A stretch of 61,994 bases of DNA, filler included, from Sphacelaria rigidula (GCA_964200075.2; 11 parts of 11 records of this genome joined end to end with filler, not necessarily neighbours in it); one strand, 5' to 3'. Counted from the first letter of the whole stretch, positions 36,242 to 50,480 are shown. Made by a program: numbers and translations. The notes: generated from the sequence alone by a model not told the origin.

Positions 36242-37141
36242 CCGCACCTGACCCTCCAATATATGACACCGGGCACACGATGTTTTCGCCGTAGCCTGAC
36301 TTGTTGATACTTCCTGAGGTACCCCCGTAGACTGGGATGTCAGATACCCCTCCACCCCCCGCCGGTGGGAAAATGACAAGTTTTAGGTATCTCCAAGTGA
36401 GAAAGAAGACCACACAGAGTCCAAGAAGCTGTCCACGTCAACAGCAAACACGAGTAGTTCGCGACGCCAGTCAAAGGTGTGTACAACCATCAATATTATA
36501 TCAAATGTGTATCTGACACAATGGAATGGCTATTTTTCCTTCCGGATTCATGCGGTAGGTATACGTGGCTATCAATCATACAGGAAGCTTCTCCTCAGTT
36601 GTTTGCAGGTTGATTGATCCTCATTTATTGCTCTCTCGCATGAGGTTGATCACCGATATCATGCTGAAACGGTATGTCATATCACACTGAACGCTTTTTC
36701 ATGAATGATACCGTAATCCTAAATGTCCATATGTTGTGACCATGTCAACACGCTATGCCGAGTACTTTGCTGTTGCCCACTCACTCGCTGTATCCCTCCT
36801 TCCGAGGTGGCTATCCCTCTGGCACCGTTCGCTCTGCTTGCCGCACTGCCTGTGCTGCAGCGATCGACTGTATTCACGCTGTGGTTACCGTACTGTACTT
36901 CTGCACTACCGTGGTGCAGTGCATGCACGTTTCTATTAATATGGAAGTTTCTCTCTACCCGCATCAGAGTCTCGCCACAATGTACAGCGTCTGAGCGGCC
37001 AGCGGTGATCCAAATGCTACTATAATAGTCGTATGCCAGTTTCGGTACGTCGCAGTAACCTCGAAGTGGGTGGGCCCAAGGGTCGGTCAAAAATATAATT
37101 CGGGACATGCAGGTCCCAAGATCGAAAATTCGAGTTTTTGA

Positions 37142-37530
37142 GGGGGGCGGAGGGGAACATCCAGCTTGCTTTCTCCTAGAGTATTACCGAGGCGTTGGCG
37201 GATGCGATCAGCTACCGTGTACAGAGATCCTTGGCCTGGAGACCGCCGAGATGACGGACACACCGCCCCTCCAAGCTCATCACCTACCATGATTACATTT
37301 TTGGGATCATGTTCCGTATCGTGTGCCGCCTAGCCTACCTACCACTAGTCCGGGCAAATTTGGCGAAGCGTGAGATCCTGTTGCTACTTTGGCCACAGGT
37401 TGTCACTAACGTGCGCTCGTGTATCGAACGTGCGCTCGTGTATCTTACATACAGTAGATGTGTGTGAGCGCTGCCGGCATTCGACTTCATCGGGACAGGG
37501 CGGGCAATAAGAAGCAGAAGCAAATATACA
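37142..37530. repeat. Dispersed repeat starting at a G-tract (second copy 56451-56806)
   Basis: gtgtacagagatccttg...ggagaccg..gagatg...ccaagctcat...atgtgtgtgagcg...gcagaagcaaatataca shared. Confidence 0.85.
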
Positions 37531-37991
37531 GTGTTTTTCCTTTTCGATAATATGGAGGCGGTGTTTTTACAGGTTAGACGCCAAGAAAATCCGCATCCCG
37601 CTTGTCATGACGCCGAAACTTCGAGGATGTGTTGATTGGTACTACAGCAAGGTGTCGGAGCCGCAGCCGTGGATGCACAAGGCGGTGCGGGCCCGATCTG
37701 CATTGAAACGGTGGATACCATTCTATTCGGATTCTTTGTTTTTTTACCACCACCTGTCTGATGACGATAATAGTATATACAATTTCGGTCAGGCTCGCAG
37801 ACCGCACGGATCCTTCAGGCGTCACCGTCAATCTTCGCCCAGTTAGGGATAAACGCTCGCAGAAAACCAGAAGAATACACACCATCTAAGCCCCACCATA
37901 TATGTGAGGGTCTAGGCTGGACGTTTGCCGGTCCGAAAAGCTCGACACGTCAAGGTTCAGCCCATCTAACGCGACGTCTGCGTTCTGCAAT

Positions 37992-38576
37992 GGACCCTGC
38001 CCCACGTACCCGACAAGTGGGCGACATCCTCGTACAGACAGTAGCAACGCCAGCGGATAGAAGATCCTAACAATCTGGCAGCCGGCAAGGTAGTTATGGT
38101 AGTGTCCTTCTAGCGATATCAACTTACATTGCACTGTTGCAGAGCTCACAGGTGAATATTTTGGCGATTGTCTCATCTGCAGTTTGCCCACATGTAGTGG
38201 ATTTTTCCATCATCCCACCGCGCCAGATTATATTTGAAAATGTATGAGATCTTGCATTTAATGTTGAAATGTCCCAGACCCTGGACAAAGATCCTATAGT
38301 CAGTATCAAAACGGTGTTGAATATGTACTGCGCACAGTATGCGATATATTGCCGACGATAGTTTGTGTAATACTCGTAGCTGAAGTCGGTAACTGTAACG
38401 CTACACTTCGACACAACAGTAAAAATCTCCAGGGTATGAAATGCTACAGGCGGCTTTCGCGCCATAGCGACTGTGTTACCATACAGCTTTGCCCAAGATA
38501 CAGGGAGCCATGACAGCAGCAGAGGCGACCTTTCACTCCTGCGTGCGCAACCTGGGGCAAACGCACGCTTTAGCTG
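37992..38576. repeat. Dispersed repeat (second copy 54340-54828)
   Basis: ctggcagccggcaaggt.gttatggtagtgtccttctagcgatatcaa and gtgttaccatacagctt.gcccaagatacagg shared. Confidence 0.85.
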
Positions 38577-39382
38577 GAATACGGAGAGTTTTACAAAATG
38601 TGTCTTGGCGATCTAGGGCGTGGCGAAGGGTGATATCCCGCGTACAAGTTGACCGCAGACACAAGCGGTTGCGTGCATGATATGGCGAACTGCATAGGAC
38701 AGCGCGAAATCAATGCAGCACAGGGATAGGCTAAGGATGTGACGTTCTGTGCTATGCTTTGTCACCCTGCACCCTGCCGCTGTGCAGTGAGCAGGTAGTA
38801 CCGCCAAAGGCGTAATGCCGCAGTTGGTACGCAGTGTCGAACACATAGTAGCAAACAGCATATCATATGTACAACAGACAAGGATGTATGTGTGTTTCAA
38901 GACCGATGCGCACAGAGTGGGACCCGCATCTAGAGAACTCTGCACCAACTCGCCCTGTTCTAGCGGATACGAAAATCTTTTCAGCAAAAACCGCTTGCAA
39001 CATGTGCTGTAACGAATCTCATGCGTCATGCAGCTTTCTCCCATGTGCGACATCGCCCGTGAGGCGAGCTGTTGAAGCTAACAGTGCCCAACCCTCTTCC
39101 CACGATGACCTCCTGTTTGAGCTCGAGATAAGTGAAACTGCGGAACATGACGTCAGCTAATAGAACGCACACCTCACCGTGAAACACCGCCTTCATATTA
39201 TGGAGAAGGAACAACACCGTAAACGAGCCTCGCAAAGCCCGCCAGACTTGTCGGTTTTTGTCAGTGTTTGTACATTTCAAAATCTTTCAACAATGTCAAC
39301 AAGACAAAACCCTGAAAAATTTCGATAAATTGCCCTCCGGGAGGGGACACTTTCTACGATTGCCCCCTCCCCCCCCCCCCCT

Positions 39383-39415
39383 TAGCCTGGTCCGGCGAGA
39401 ACCCGGCGTGCTCCG
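39383..39415 (+). mobile_element. Family S copy truncated by the contig end
   Basis: C-tract followed by agcctggtccggcgagaacccggcgtgctccg. Confidence 0.7.
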
Positions 39416-39515
39416 NNNNNNNNNNNNNNNNNNNNNNNNNNNNNNNNNNNNNNNNNNNNTTAATTAATTAANNNNNNNNNNNNNNNNNNNNNNNNNNNNN
39501 NNNNNNNNNNNNNNN
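39416..39515. other. Artificial contig linker
   Basis: Same 100-bp unit. Confidence 0.98.
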
Positions 39516-39539
39516 TGGGGGGTGTGGGGGCGGGTGGGA

Positions 39540-39548
39540 GGGGGTGGT

Positions 39549-39579
<31 letters not shown>

Positions 39580-42500
39580 CGCACTGATTTGTTGCTTGCC
39601 TTAGTCGTTTGCCCATTTGCCACGCATCCCTTTCGAGAGATTGAGCACCGTTCCTAGTCCCAATAGAGACTCCTCCGATATTTCGGTGCTCATTACGTTG
39701 TCCCCACACATCGCACAACGAACTATCTCATCATCGTCCTGTTTCGCCTTCTGTGGCTACCTTTTATCTCTTATTAAAGCCATCATTTTCTCCCTACTGT
39801 CTAGTGCATCAAACGATTCCATTCCACCTTCATTTACTTCCCGCATTTCCCCCTCTAGCACGTCCCGTTCCTCCTCGTATAGTACACATTCTGCCACTAT
39901 ATGACTTCTACTCTCTATAGCTTCGCCACAGGGGCAATTCTGTGTATCCACTTTCTCCTCCTCTCGGCTACTGGTATATCTCTTTCTTTTTTTCTGGGAG
40001 GTCCAGGTCCCCCACCCAAAATCGTGATTTCATTTTTTCGTCGAGTCCATTTAACCATGCAGATATATTTTCATCCCTATCCCCATTTTCAACCCACCGT
40101 GAACCTTCAGCTGCTCTTCCTTGTCTACTCTCCGTCTTAGCGTTTCTTTTTCCCATATTTCTATCATGTATCTTACCCTTGTCTTGTACCCCCCGCCTCC
40201 ACCTATGGACACTATCTCGTCTTGATTTCCTCCTATCTCCCTCCAAACGTTGCCGGCTACTCTATCTCACTTTATTCCAGCCTGCCCTTTCGTGACTTTC
40301 TTCCATACAGCCCTATCAACTATGGCTGGCAATCTTTTCCTCTACACTTTCTTTACGCTATGTTGCCATTTCAACTTTGGCAGGCCTCTGTTTGTTCTAA
40401 GTGGGTACATTCCCAACTCTGCTCTCAATGCTGTGTTACTCGTCGTTTTCGAGCATCCAAGTATTTTCTCAGCTGCTGTCATCTGTCCTGTTTCTGACCT
40501 TTTCACCAACTTCGCGTTCCCCTCCCATACTTCTCCCGAATATTCCAGCGTTGGTACAATCACGTTCATCAGTATACATCTCTTAATCCTAGTATCTAGG
40601 AGCGAGTCTCCGAGATTCACGCCCATCCTGCCTATCTGTGCGTTGCCCTTTTCTATTACTTTATTTATGTGTGCATCCCAAGAACAGTTTCTTGATATCT
40701 CTACGCCAAGGTATGTATAGAAGAAAGTGCCCTATTAGGCCCAGTGCCATATTAAGCACACTCCGGAAAAAACGGTTACAAAAGGACGCTCACTACATGG
40801 AACTCCTCTTTTCTTCGTTCACAACGGTGAGTCTACATCTCAAGCTTTCGTTTGCGCTCTTCAGCGTGCCGATCGACCTCGTCACTCACGAGCTACGGCA
40901 GTCACAACCACTGGGTCTGGCCGTGCAGGCTGATGTTGGTTTGGTGTCGACCGTGCTGCCAAGGACGAAGCAAAAGGTGACACGACATGTAGACTTGAGC
41001 GTGGCCCCGGTGGCCCGAAGCACTGACAGGAGCAAGCACATGACACCTACGGCGGCTGAGAAGGCTGTTTTAGCGCTGTACAGCACTCGCCACCTGAAGA
41101 GCGGATGTGAAAAGGGTACGGAAGTCGGTCCTACAGCAGTTTTGACCCGACAATAAATGTTTATATTGCTTTCAAGTGTGGCGCGGGCGAAATCAGGAGC
41201 GTGCGCCCATGTTTGAACCCCCATAAAGTGAGCAAACTGGCACCAAAACCCATGATTTGTTTTCGGGAGCCTTCACATGCCCACACAGCAGTCAATCGAT
41301 GCATCAAACTGTTGATTTTGCGTCGCCTGCCGTGCACGGGGCACGCATGAAGTAAAAATACACGAAAAATTGTCCCGAAATTGACGGTTCTGAACCCCGG
41401 GGATGTGTGTTTTTTGTCCCCGGATATGGGCATGAGTGTGCGTTTTTTTGGATCGTGATGTCAAGTATACGCATGATGTGCACACCAAGTACTGGGTTCT
41501 GAGGCGTTCCAGAACGAAGGTAATCGCATAATACGCAAAAATGTGCTTAATAGGACAGCGGTCGTGCTTTCAGACTTTTCTGCGCGGAGGAACCATGAAC
41601 CGCAGAGCCGCCACCGCCTCTCCATATCACTCTTTTTCTTTCCCTTTTTTTATGTTGGAGAGTAGTCTGAGCTATCGTTGGATACCAGAGTATCGGTTCA
41701 AGTCAAAACACTGCCGACAAACCAGCCATTGGCGTCAGGGGTGGCTTAAGGTGGGCCTATTACCGCACTCTCCTCTACTGGTCCACGATCGGCGATTCCT
41801 CTTCTCCCCACTTCCATTTGAACTCTACCGTGGTTTTCGTATCTTCGTTACAGACCTACAACGCGCATTTGTTCATGATCGCTGTCACTCTCCCGTTCCT
41901 AGTATGTTCTAGCCTTCTCTATTTGCTTTTGCAACCCTCCTGGTGTTTCTGATATCCCCACAAAATCATCCGTGAGCATCGATCGTGATACCGCATTTCC
42001 CCCCATCCTGACTCCTTGCTTTGCTGCTTTTATTGACATTATCAAGTCAGTAGTAAATGCCTTGAATGGAAACGGTGAAAACGTACATCCTTGTGCAGCT
42101 CCTCGTGAAAGATCATAATATTTCGATATTTTTTCCGTCGAGTATCATCGCACTTTTCGTACATTCTGCCATTTTTTCCATCATTCTCCTCATTCTTCTT
42201 CTGATCCCAGTTTCCCACAACGTTTTCGACATCGCATTTCTCCATGCTGCGTCATAGGCCTTCTATACGCCTGGAAAGCAATGGTACGTTGTTGGCAGTC
42301 TTTCCTACCTTCAATGTGTGCACATTGTCTACGCAACTACGATTTGGTCTAAAACCTGCTTGCCCCTCGCTGATGTTTTCTTTCTTCTCTAGCGTCGTTC
42401 CCACTCTATCGTTCAGAATCTTTCAGAATGTTTTCCCTACGGTGCTCAGTAGCGTTGTCCCTCCATAATGTCCTGGATCATCCTTGTCTCCTTTCTTGAA

Positions 42501-43440
42501 AAGGCCCACTACTACTCCTCCTTCCAACTTCTTGGGTGTGTACTCGTTTTTCCGTATCCAATGATACAGCATAACCATCATGTTGATCACTCCCTCTCCC
42601 CCATACTGAAGCAACTCGTTCACTATCGTCTACCTCTCCGACCTTTCTGTTCTTGAGTTTAGCTACACACCGCGATTTCCTGCCCGTCTATTCATTTTAT
42701 CTCTCGTCTGTCGGCTTTCTGTCCATACCAGACTATGATATTTAAATCCCACCTCCTCTGCGCAAAGAATTACTTTCATTTCCAACCTATTCCCATGCGC
42801 TACCGCTGTATAGTCAAGAACGAAGTTTTCTCTCTCTCGTCTTTGAATTTTCTATTCCATGTCCATTGCGCCTCTGGTTTTTGTGTTGTATCGTTCAGCA
42901 TCTTGATCTCGTTATGCTCAAGGAACTTCAGCATCTCTACCCCATTTGTGTTCCTCTTCTCTTCCCTGTATTGCCCGATGATATCATCCAGTCGACCAGC
43001 TATTCGAACCCTTGCAATCTACAAGTACCACTAACATTACTTCTCCTCGCCTTATATACTTATTTACATCTGCTTCTACCTCTCCAAGCCTCCGCTGTAT
43101 ATCCTTCACTCTACTCTTCGATTCTGGGGGCATATAGATGTCCTCTACGAAAAGGCATTTCGTTTCCCGCTCTCCCGGTAACCTTATCCACATAACCTCG
43201 TCTAAACTTGTGTCTTCGGTCACTTCCATGATGTGACACAGATATTCCTTGACTAAGAATCCTACTCTCTCTGCTACCCTGTTCTTGGGGTTCTGTCCCT
43301 CCCGCTTTCCCCCTATCCATGGGTACTCTCTAACTTTGCATCCTGTATCCACCCCCTCGTTTTCCCATGACTCTTGGATTCCCACTATCTGTGTCTAGGC
43401 TGAGGTTCCATACGCGTTCGGCTATCTCTAATCTTTTGCG
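39540..43440 (-). mobile_element. LINE-B (RTEX-like) ORF2 pseudogene: APE, RT, CCHC finger, C-tract tail; interrupted at 40720-41775
   Basis: GIQESW (APE); LFKKGDKDDPGHYGG and EGQAGFRPNRSCVD (RT); VPTLEYSGEVW...ELGMYPL; CPCGEAIESRSHIVAEC; clade assignment tentative. Confidence 0.9.
40720..41775. mobile_element. 1056-bp non-autonomous DNA transposon with TA TSD inserted in LINE-B
   Basis: Ends GAAGAAAGTGCCCTATTAGGCCCA / TGGGCCTATTACCGCACTCTCCTC; TA on both sides; removing it restores the LINE frame V-D-Q-Y-T-Y-L-G. Confidence 0.88.
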
Positions 43441-45060
43441 ATCGTCCGTGGCGAATCGACACGTTCCATGATCCTATTCTCACCTCCCTTTCCGAATTAC
43501 TCTCCATTCTCCCCTTGTCTACTGTTCTCTCTTCGTCGCTTTTACTTCCATTTCCCCTTGCTTGATTTTTCTTTTCCGCCCCCGGTTCGGTCTTCGTCTG
43601 CCTGCTTTGAGCCGCTATTTCCCCTCCCTTTTCCCTTTCGGATACCTATATGTTCCTGCTTCTCCTTTCCTCCGTTTATTCGTGGACTACGTCTTAGGTT
43701 TGTTGTTCCGTTGGCTATGTATGCTCTTCATCCTGCCCTTCTAGCCCATGGCGACACCTTGTTTGTCTCTACTTTTCCCGACTCCTTGCTCGCTCTCTGT
43801 TTCATCGTGACTTGGAAGTGTTCTCTCTCCCTTTCTTTTTTTCATATTGCCAATCAGTATAGTCCTACTTGTTTGCATTTCCTTCTAAACTATTTTTCCA
43901 TCATATCACTGACTGTGGACTCCGAAAACGCGCACTACTAATACTCTACACGACCACTCTTTACTCCTCCATCCATCCTTCCTTACCGTCTCTCTCTCTC
44001 GATCTCTTTCAAGAGTATCTCCAGTCTTTTCACTTCAATGGTATTGGTGGGATGTAGCCAAGGTACCGGGGTATCCCAATCCTAGTACTTGCTGGGGATC
44101 TGGTGTATTTCGGCTCTTTTGCTGACTCACCGATACTAAATAGTGCCTCCAACACGGGCTAGTAGCCTGAAGCCAAGTTCAAGACCCTTCATACAAGTAC
44201 CCCACGTTTGTGCCAGGCGATCTTCATGGTGAAGCATCCAGGCGTCCCACGATCGTATCTTCCATCTTCTTGCCCCGCTGCTGTACTGGCTACTTTCCTC
44301 CAGGGAGGGCACGTTCACCGTACGTGTAAGGTTCAAGGGCGGTTTGAATCACACAAGGTCTTACTCACACATCGGGATGTCCCGTATATAAGCACTTTCA
44401 CCCACCCCGTGTACAGTTCACCATGGGTCGCTACTCCACTAAAGTTCCCGAGTAGACCTTCACTGTCAAAAGCTTGGTCAACGATTCCCCCCACACTTTG
44501 TGTGCCAGTTTCTGTCCTTCAAGATCTTAAAAAGTTTACGTACCGCTTGGTACCCCTTCTCGTTGGTCATGTGGTCGGTCATTGGTAAGAGATTTTGTTT
44601 CATGGATGCAGTAGGTCTTGACATTCACGTCATGCATTGTCCACCCTATTCCCTTCCTTTGACACCTGTGTACGTAATGCCGCGAATGTCAGGAAAACGT
44701 CTGACCAGATTTCCACCGCCCAATGGAAATCGGTAAAGTTACCCGGGTATCTCACCACGAGACCCCAACCTTCATGTCACCTAACCTGTCGAGGTGAACC
44801 TATCCTATCCGTACTTGCTACATATTTTTTATTTACAATTTGCATGTAAGGTGATCAACCTTCACGTTCAACTTACATGTCTGAGTTTTGGTTATGATTT
44901 CATCCCTCACGTTTGTTGTGATATGGGGGGAGGAGTCTCCGTTGTTTTCCATTTTGATATGAAATATAGCTGTTCGCCGGGGGGGGGGGGGTACTTATTT
45001 GTTTCTTGCCGTAGGCGTTTCACACTTGACCCAGCCTCTCTTTCGCGCCTGAGCAACGTT

Positions 45061-45160
45061 NNNNNNNNNNNNNNNNNNNNNNNNNNNNNNNNNNNNNNNN
45101 NNNNTTAATTAATTAANNNNNNNNNNNNNNNNNNNNNNNNNNNNNNNNNNNNNNNNNNNN
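45061..45160. other. Artificial contig linker
   Basis: Same 100-bp unit. Confidence 0.98.
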
Positions 45161-45262
45161 CTTGTTTTAGGTCGGCCATTTCTTTCTTTGCTTGGCTTGT
45201 GTTAACTTTTTATTCCTTTTTTTTTTGTCACGACTTAGTCTGATATGTCGTTCTTTTCGACC

Positions 45263-45332
<70 letters not shown>

Positions 45333-45515
45333 CTTTTCTTCCTCTTTTTTTTTTTTTCTGTTCCTATCTTTTCTGTTCCTTTCTTTCCCCCCCCCTTTTT
45401 TTCCCTAGATTGTGCTTGACTTTTGTTTTCCTTGGGTACGTCCACCATGAGACCAGGGCTGGACCCCGGGGGGGTCAGTTGAAGTGCCACAATCAATCAA
45501 TCAATCAACCAATCA
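45161..45515 (+). mobile_element. RTE 3' UTR with expanded poly-T and (CAAT)n tail
   Basis: cttgggtacgtc.accatgagacca.ggctggacccc...gtcagttgaagtgccacaatcaatcaatcaacc; reverse complement of 18499-18750. Confidence 0.88.
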
Positions 45516-45619
45516 TGTGTGACCGATGTGTACGATGTCTGGTGAAAATCAGAGTGAGGCAGTTTTCAGTATTCTGCTGTGTGCTGAATGAAAAAAAGCT
45601 CGTATATTATTGTTCGCGC

Positions 45620-48600
45620 AGAAAAGGGGAATCATCTTTGTGCGGTTTGCAGAAACTGACTGTAGGAGATGGTGATGGCTTCTGTTGGCGTGAAAATGAG
45701 CGAAAACTACGAAACGCGTAGGCGCGTATGTGAGCAGGTATATCGCTAGTGTTCTCAGAGGTTGAAGATGAAAGAAATCAGGTGCGAATACAGTGATCTT
45801 TGACTCTGGCACGTCTTTTGATTGCTTGCTATGTGTTTGGACAAGCGCATGGATTGTGTTTCGCATCTGAAAGAAGGGGAATGTGGATGGTGTGCCCATA
45901 TTTCTGGAAGGAGCACCGGACATTTGTTCTCAGCTGTGTTGGTTGGGACTGAGTCAGAAGGGGCAGGCACGTTTGTAGGCAAAGTACGGTATCAAGCTTT
46001 GAGTGCATGGTAGGATCGAATGCTACGGTTCGAAATGGTATTATCCGTGACACACGGGGTTGCCGCGGGGGTGCCTGCAACCTCAAAGTTGGACGTTTCA
46101 GACGTTGCACAAAGTCTGTAACGTCCAATTTGAGGTTATGGGCACCCCAGTGGCCACCCGTGCACGTTTAATTTGTGTGAGTATGCCACGACTGGGAATT
46201 GTCGTTGACTGAGTTATTGACTTCACTACACTCGTATGAGACGCTGTGTTCAACTGTCGTTGTTCAGCGTTTTGCAAATTATCATTTTCTTTGTCGAACA
46301 TGGCATTGCATGGTCGTGTGTCACTAACAGGCGGACAAAGGTAGCATGAACGTGATTATCGGTGTCTACTATTTGACAAACTTGCCCACTACTTTGAGTG
46401 GTGCGAATTCTGGGGGTGCTCTAGAGTAGCCCACCTCTAGCACACGTATAGGTGCATGATGAGCTGCAGGTTGATGCATGGAGGTTTGGATATGAACTTT
46501 GTATCATGATATTAGGCCAAGAGATATTCTTTGGAGTATGGCTTCGACTGCTTGACAGTGTGTATTGTATGTCCAAGGAGGTGCAGTAGGTTACTGCCGA
46601 TAACGAAGAGTGTGTGTTTGTGAACAACTTCTCGTCTCTAAGCTCTAGTGAGGAAGGAAGCCCTTGGAGCAGTCTTGTGACCTTGTTCTGAGTCCAGGAG
46701 GGGTCTATACCATCGCATTTGTCGTGTTGTCTGTAGTCCTGTTTACACTGCTGTTTGTGCATGAGACATGGTGGTCGAACGAGAATGATAGTATTGCGTA
46801 TTGTAGACTCCGGACAACATTGTTACCGTGGTTAGGTACAATACTGCAGTCGAGGAAATGCATCGCAGGCGTTAATAGGTTGATTGATGGATGACGGGAC
46901 TGAGAGTATGATCGATGGATTCCGTGATGTTGATACGTGCCCACTTCTGGTTTTAAGGAAGACTGCTTTTTGTTTGACTGCTTGAGTCTTGAAGTCTCTG
47001 GAGCCCATGACAGGGAGGGAGCCTCTGGAACAGCACTGTGACCTTATTATGATTTCAGACAAGTCTATAATAAACGCTGATTGTAGGAGATGGTGATTGC
47101 TGCTGTTAGCGTTGAAATGAGCAGTAACTACTAACGCGTAGGGCCGTATGTGCGCAAGGAAAACGCGAATTTTCCTTTTGGTTGAAGATGAGTGATCTTT
47201 AGCGATGGAACGTGTTTTGAGGAAATATTTCATTTCCGTCTGGAACGATCATGTGAATGGAGTCTCCGTCTGTCTAAGGAAGCGGTGCAGGTAAGCTGCA
47301 AGTCTGTTGGGACATGAGCTGCATTTTACATCGCGGTTAATCGACCCATGGGATATGACGGTCCTGAACCCAAATTGGGATATTACATCTGGATGCTTCC
47401 TGGGATGTACTCGGTGAAAACAATATTGAGAACGATGTCACTACGGGTGATCAATGATGGCGGAGGTCGAGGTCCGTTTGCCGTTGTTGGATTGATATAC
47501 ATGGCTTGAAAAGCGGGTTGAGTCATGGCTTTCTTTTCAGTATGCTCATGAATTGAGTAGCGCAATGAAGCTTCGAAGCTTTCACGAAGGAGAGGTGTGC
47601 GATGCATACATTTTTCACAGAGTTGAACAAGCAAAAGACCAGCTGCGTTCTACACGTGTTGGATACTTATTTGACTCTAGTTTAAGGTATATTGCTTGGC
47701 TGTTGCACACCGTTGCGCAGGTGTTGAACGTACGAAAGAGGAATTTGTATGTTGACCGGTATCGAATGCGAGAGAAGAATTGTCACGATGGCTTAATGAC
47801 TTGAAGTTCGGTGACATTTGAGATTTTTCTGTCGGTTTGGAGTCAGGAGACTTGCTTGGGGCATGGGTTTGAGAAGTAGGCGTCAGCTATTGCTCCGTGA
47901 CTCGGAGCGATGCAAGTAGCGTGATTGCGTGTTCATGAAGGATCTCTTGCGAGTTGTTCGGAAATTGCACAAGCTTGTCTGGCTGTTATCGTATACTGCA
48001 GCAGGGCCTGCCATTCTCGGTGAAAATTGATGCTAGACTTCGGCAACAATGATGTCTGATTTCATCAAGCTCTAGGTGAGCTTCGGGGGTGCTGTAGACT
48101 CCGGGCAACATTTTTATCGTGGTTAGGTACATTGCTAAAGTGGAGAAAATGCGTAGCAGGCGTTTATAGTCTGGTTGATGGATAATTGGTCTGAGAGTAT
48201 GATCGGTGGACGCCGTGATGTATGATGTTTGCACACGAGGTGCGCCAGTCACTTCTGGGTCACTGATACATGCTGTTTGTATAACTACCTGAGTCTTGAA
48301 GTGTCTGGAGCCCGTGACAGGGAGGAAGCTTCGGGAGCAGCACTGTAACCTTCTTCTGGTTTCAGACAAGTCTGAAGTTTGCTGAGTGAAATGCCGGTGT
48401 GCACGTGCATGATTTTGTATCTGCGCGTTGGACTGCTTTGGTCAGCGCATGCTGAACGGGGTTTGAGATTGAGGTTTCAATGCATATGCTGGGTGAAATT
48501 CTTGCATAAATGTGTGGACTTTCGCTACATCATATGTCATGGTGCATGGTGTTGGGCGATTAGTCGTGTCGTAGCAGTTTCAAATACTGATGGACGCTGG

Positions 48601-49350
48601 ATGAGGTACATCAAATTGATTTCTGTTTGCAAAAGCGGTAGAATTGTCGTTGTGCGGTTCGCGCTGCTGCCTGGAAGAGCTGATAGTTGCTGTTGGTGGC
48701 GTGAAAATAAATAAGGGAGACGCTCCCGAAATGCAAACGTTCGTGTGTGAGCACATATAACGTGAATTTTTCTAATGGAATGATGAAAATGGTGGGAATG
48801 CTTGAGGTTCCAAATTCCCTGACGTTTGAGACTATTTTCGTGCGTGAAATCCGAAGACTTGTTACGGGCTGAGATTTGACGTCTGAAGGCAGGTTTGTAT
48901 GGGATGCTGTAGAGTGATGCTAAGGTAGGGGTGCACAAATAATTTCTGAGGTTAAAATCGTTCGGCGCCCTTTCATCTCATCCAAAACACGACATATGTC
49001 ACATGTGAGAGTACGCCAGGATTATTCTTTCAATGTGCTACGGATATCTCGAATGATTTTGCAAACGGGGATACCCTGATCCAAATTCTTGTGCGTCTAG
49101 AATCTTCAGGAGCTGTAGACTCTAGCCACATTGTGTAGGTGGAGTCGTAGGTCTGATCGCCGGACTCTGTGGTAGATGATCTCCATGACGTGAGGCTTGG
49201 TTTTGCTACTTTGGTGGAGAGAGGCTATGGTCCTGTTCTCCCGTACTATGCTGAGGGTTATACATAAATATATAAAGCTGCTGAAGTCCATGTGCCCGTG
49301 ATGGGAGGAGTCCACATGACGACCTGATCTTGAGTGACAGAAGTCTACAA
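45620..49350. repeat. Diverged kilobase-scale internal repeats
   Basis: Block A near 45640, 47075 and 48650; block B near 46800, 48092 and 49112 (tgtagactc...gagtcttgaagt.tctggagccc.tgacagggagg). Confidence 0.7.
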
Positions 49351-50175
49351 TGAACGTCCGCTGAGGCGGTAGGTCCGCTGAAAAGCAGCTGACATTCAAG
49401 ATAGGAAAGTCTGCAGGCCTGATCAGTTTGCAGCAAACAAAACCAGCTCAAGGCGTCTTAACGTCGTGAGGAGTTGGAGAAGTAGAGCCGAGGAGATTCT
49501 GAGACAGTGCTGGGGTGGGCTGTGGTATCGCTCGTGCGAGAGGTGCGGGGGTTTGACCGACAGCTGGTGAGCCCGTGCGCGTTCCAAAAAAAGCGGCGCA
49601 ATTACCGTACTGCCTGTTGGAGCCAGCGAGGTTTGCGTGTTCCACGCTTGGCCAGGTACGGCCAGGAAGAGGAGTCTAAGGACTTCAAACACGTGGTGAG
49701 ACCTGCGTGAGGAAGAGGCGCTGTGGCCATTGTCTTTGTACGGTGGTCCAGCGCGTCTCTTTGTAAGGAGAGAGTTGTTGTTCCTGTGAGTGGGAGGCGA
49801 CTTCGTTTTTCAAAAAGGCGGTGTGGAGTACTGTACTGCTGACTGAAATGTACGAGGCGCAGGAATATGCCATCGTCGATGGTCGTGTTGTTCCTGTACT
49901 GACGCTGGAGATGCCGTACTACGGCCGCAAGTTTTCAAGCGAGAAATCGGCCGAGTTTTTACGCAAACACGAGCAATATTTGCGAGATGTAGAACAGGTG
50001 AACGCGTGGTGGACAAACCTCTTTGAGGTGGCAGTAGTTTCTGAGCTCATGCCGAAACATATTGTGATATATATGTCTGTGTGACATGTTCTTGAAACAT
50101 GATTATGATGTTGAGGACGAGCAGTTGCTTTTCGCGTTGCGCAAGCATGCGCCGTCCGGTTGAGCTGCTTGCCCT

Positions 50176-50480
50176 GTGACAGCCGAGAAACATGTGTCTG
50201 ACCGAGGGGACAGGCACGACAGCGCGCTTGCCGAACGTGCATTAGGTGCTGCGCGTTTGAAGCCACGATACAGGGCAGATGCTTACACTGTGAAAGCCGA
50301 AAAGCATGTGTCTGCCCGAGGGGATAGGCACGATAGGGCACCCGCCGAACGTGTAGCCGGTAGGGCGCGTTTTAAACCACGATACAGGGCAACTGTTTCC
50401 ACTGTGCAGAGTGGGAAGGAGACACATCACGTGTCTATCAAAGCGGGGAGGTATGAGTACGCGCCCGCCGAAAGTACCAC
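50176..50480 (+). repeat. ~114-bp in-frame tandem repeat in a decayed ORF (possibly retroelement gag region, 49850-50705)
   Basis: AEKHVS.RGDRHD.A.AER..G.AR.KPRYRA twice plus a partial third copy. Confidence 0.7.

Noticed and set aside
45167..45721. Poly-Lys/poly-Phe ORFs
   Set aside because: They are translations of a poly-T tract in the RTE 3' UTR.
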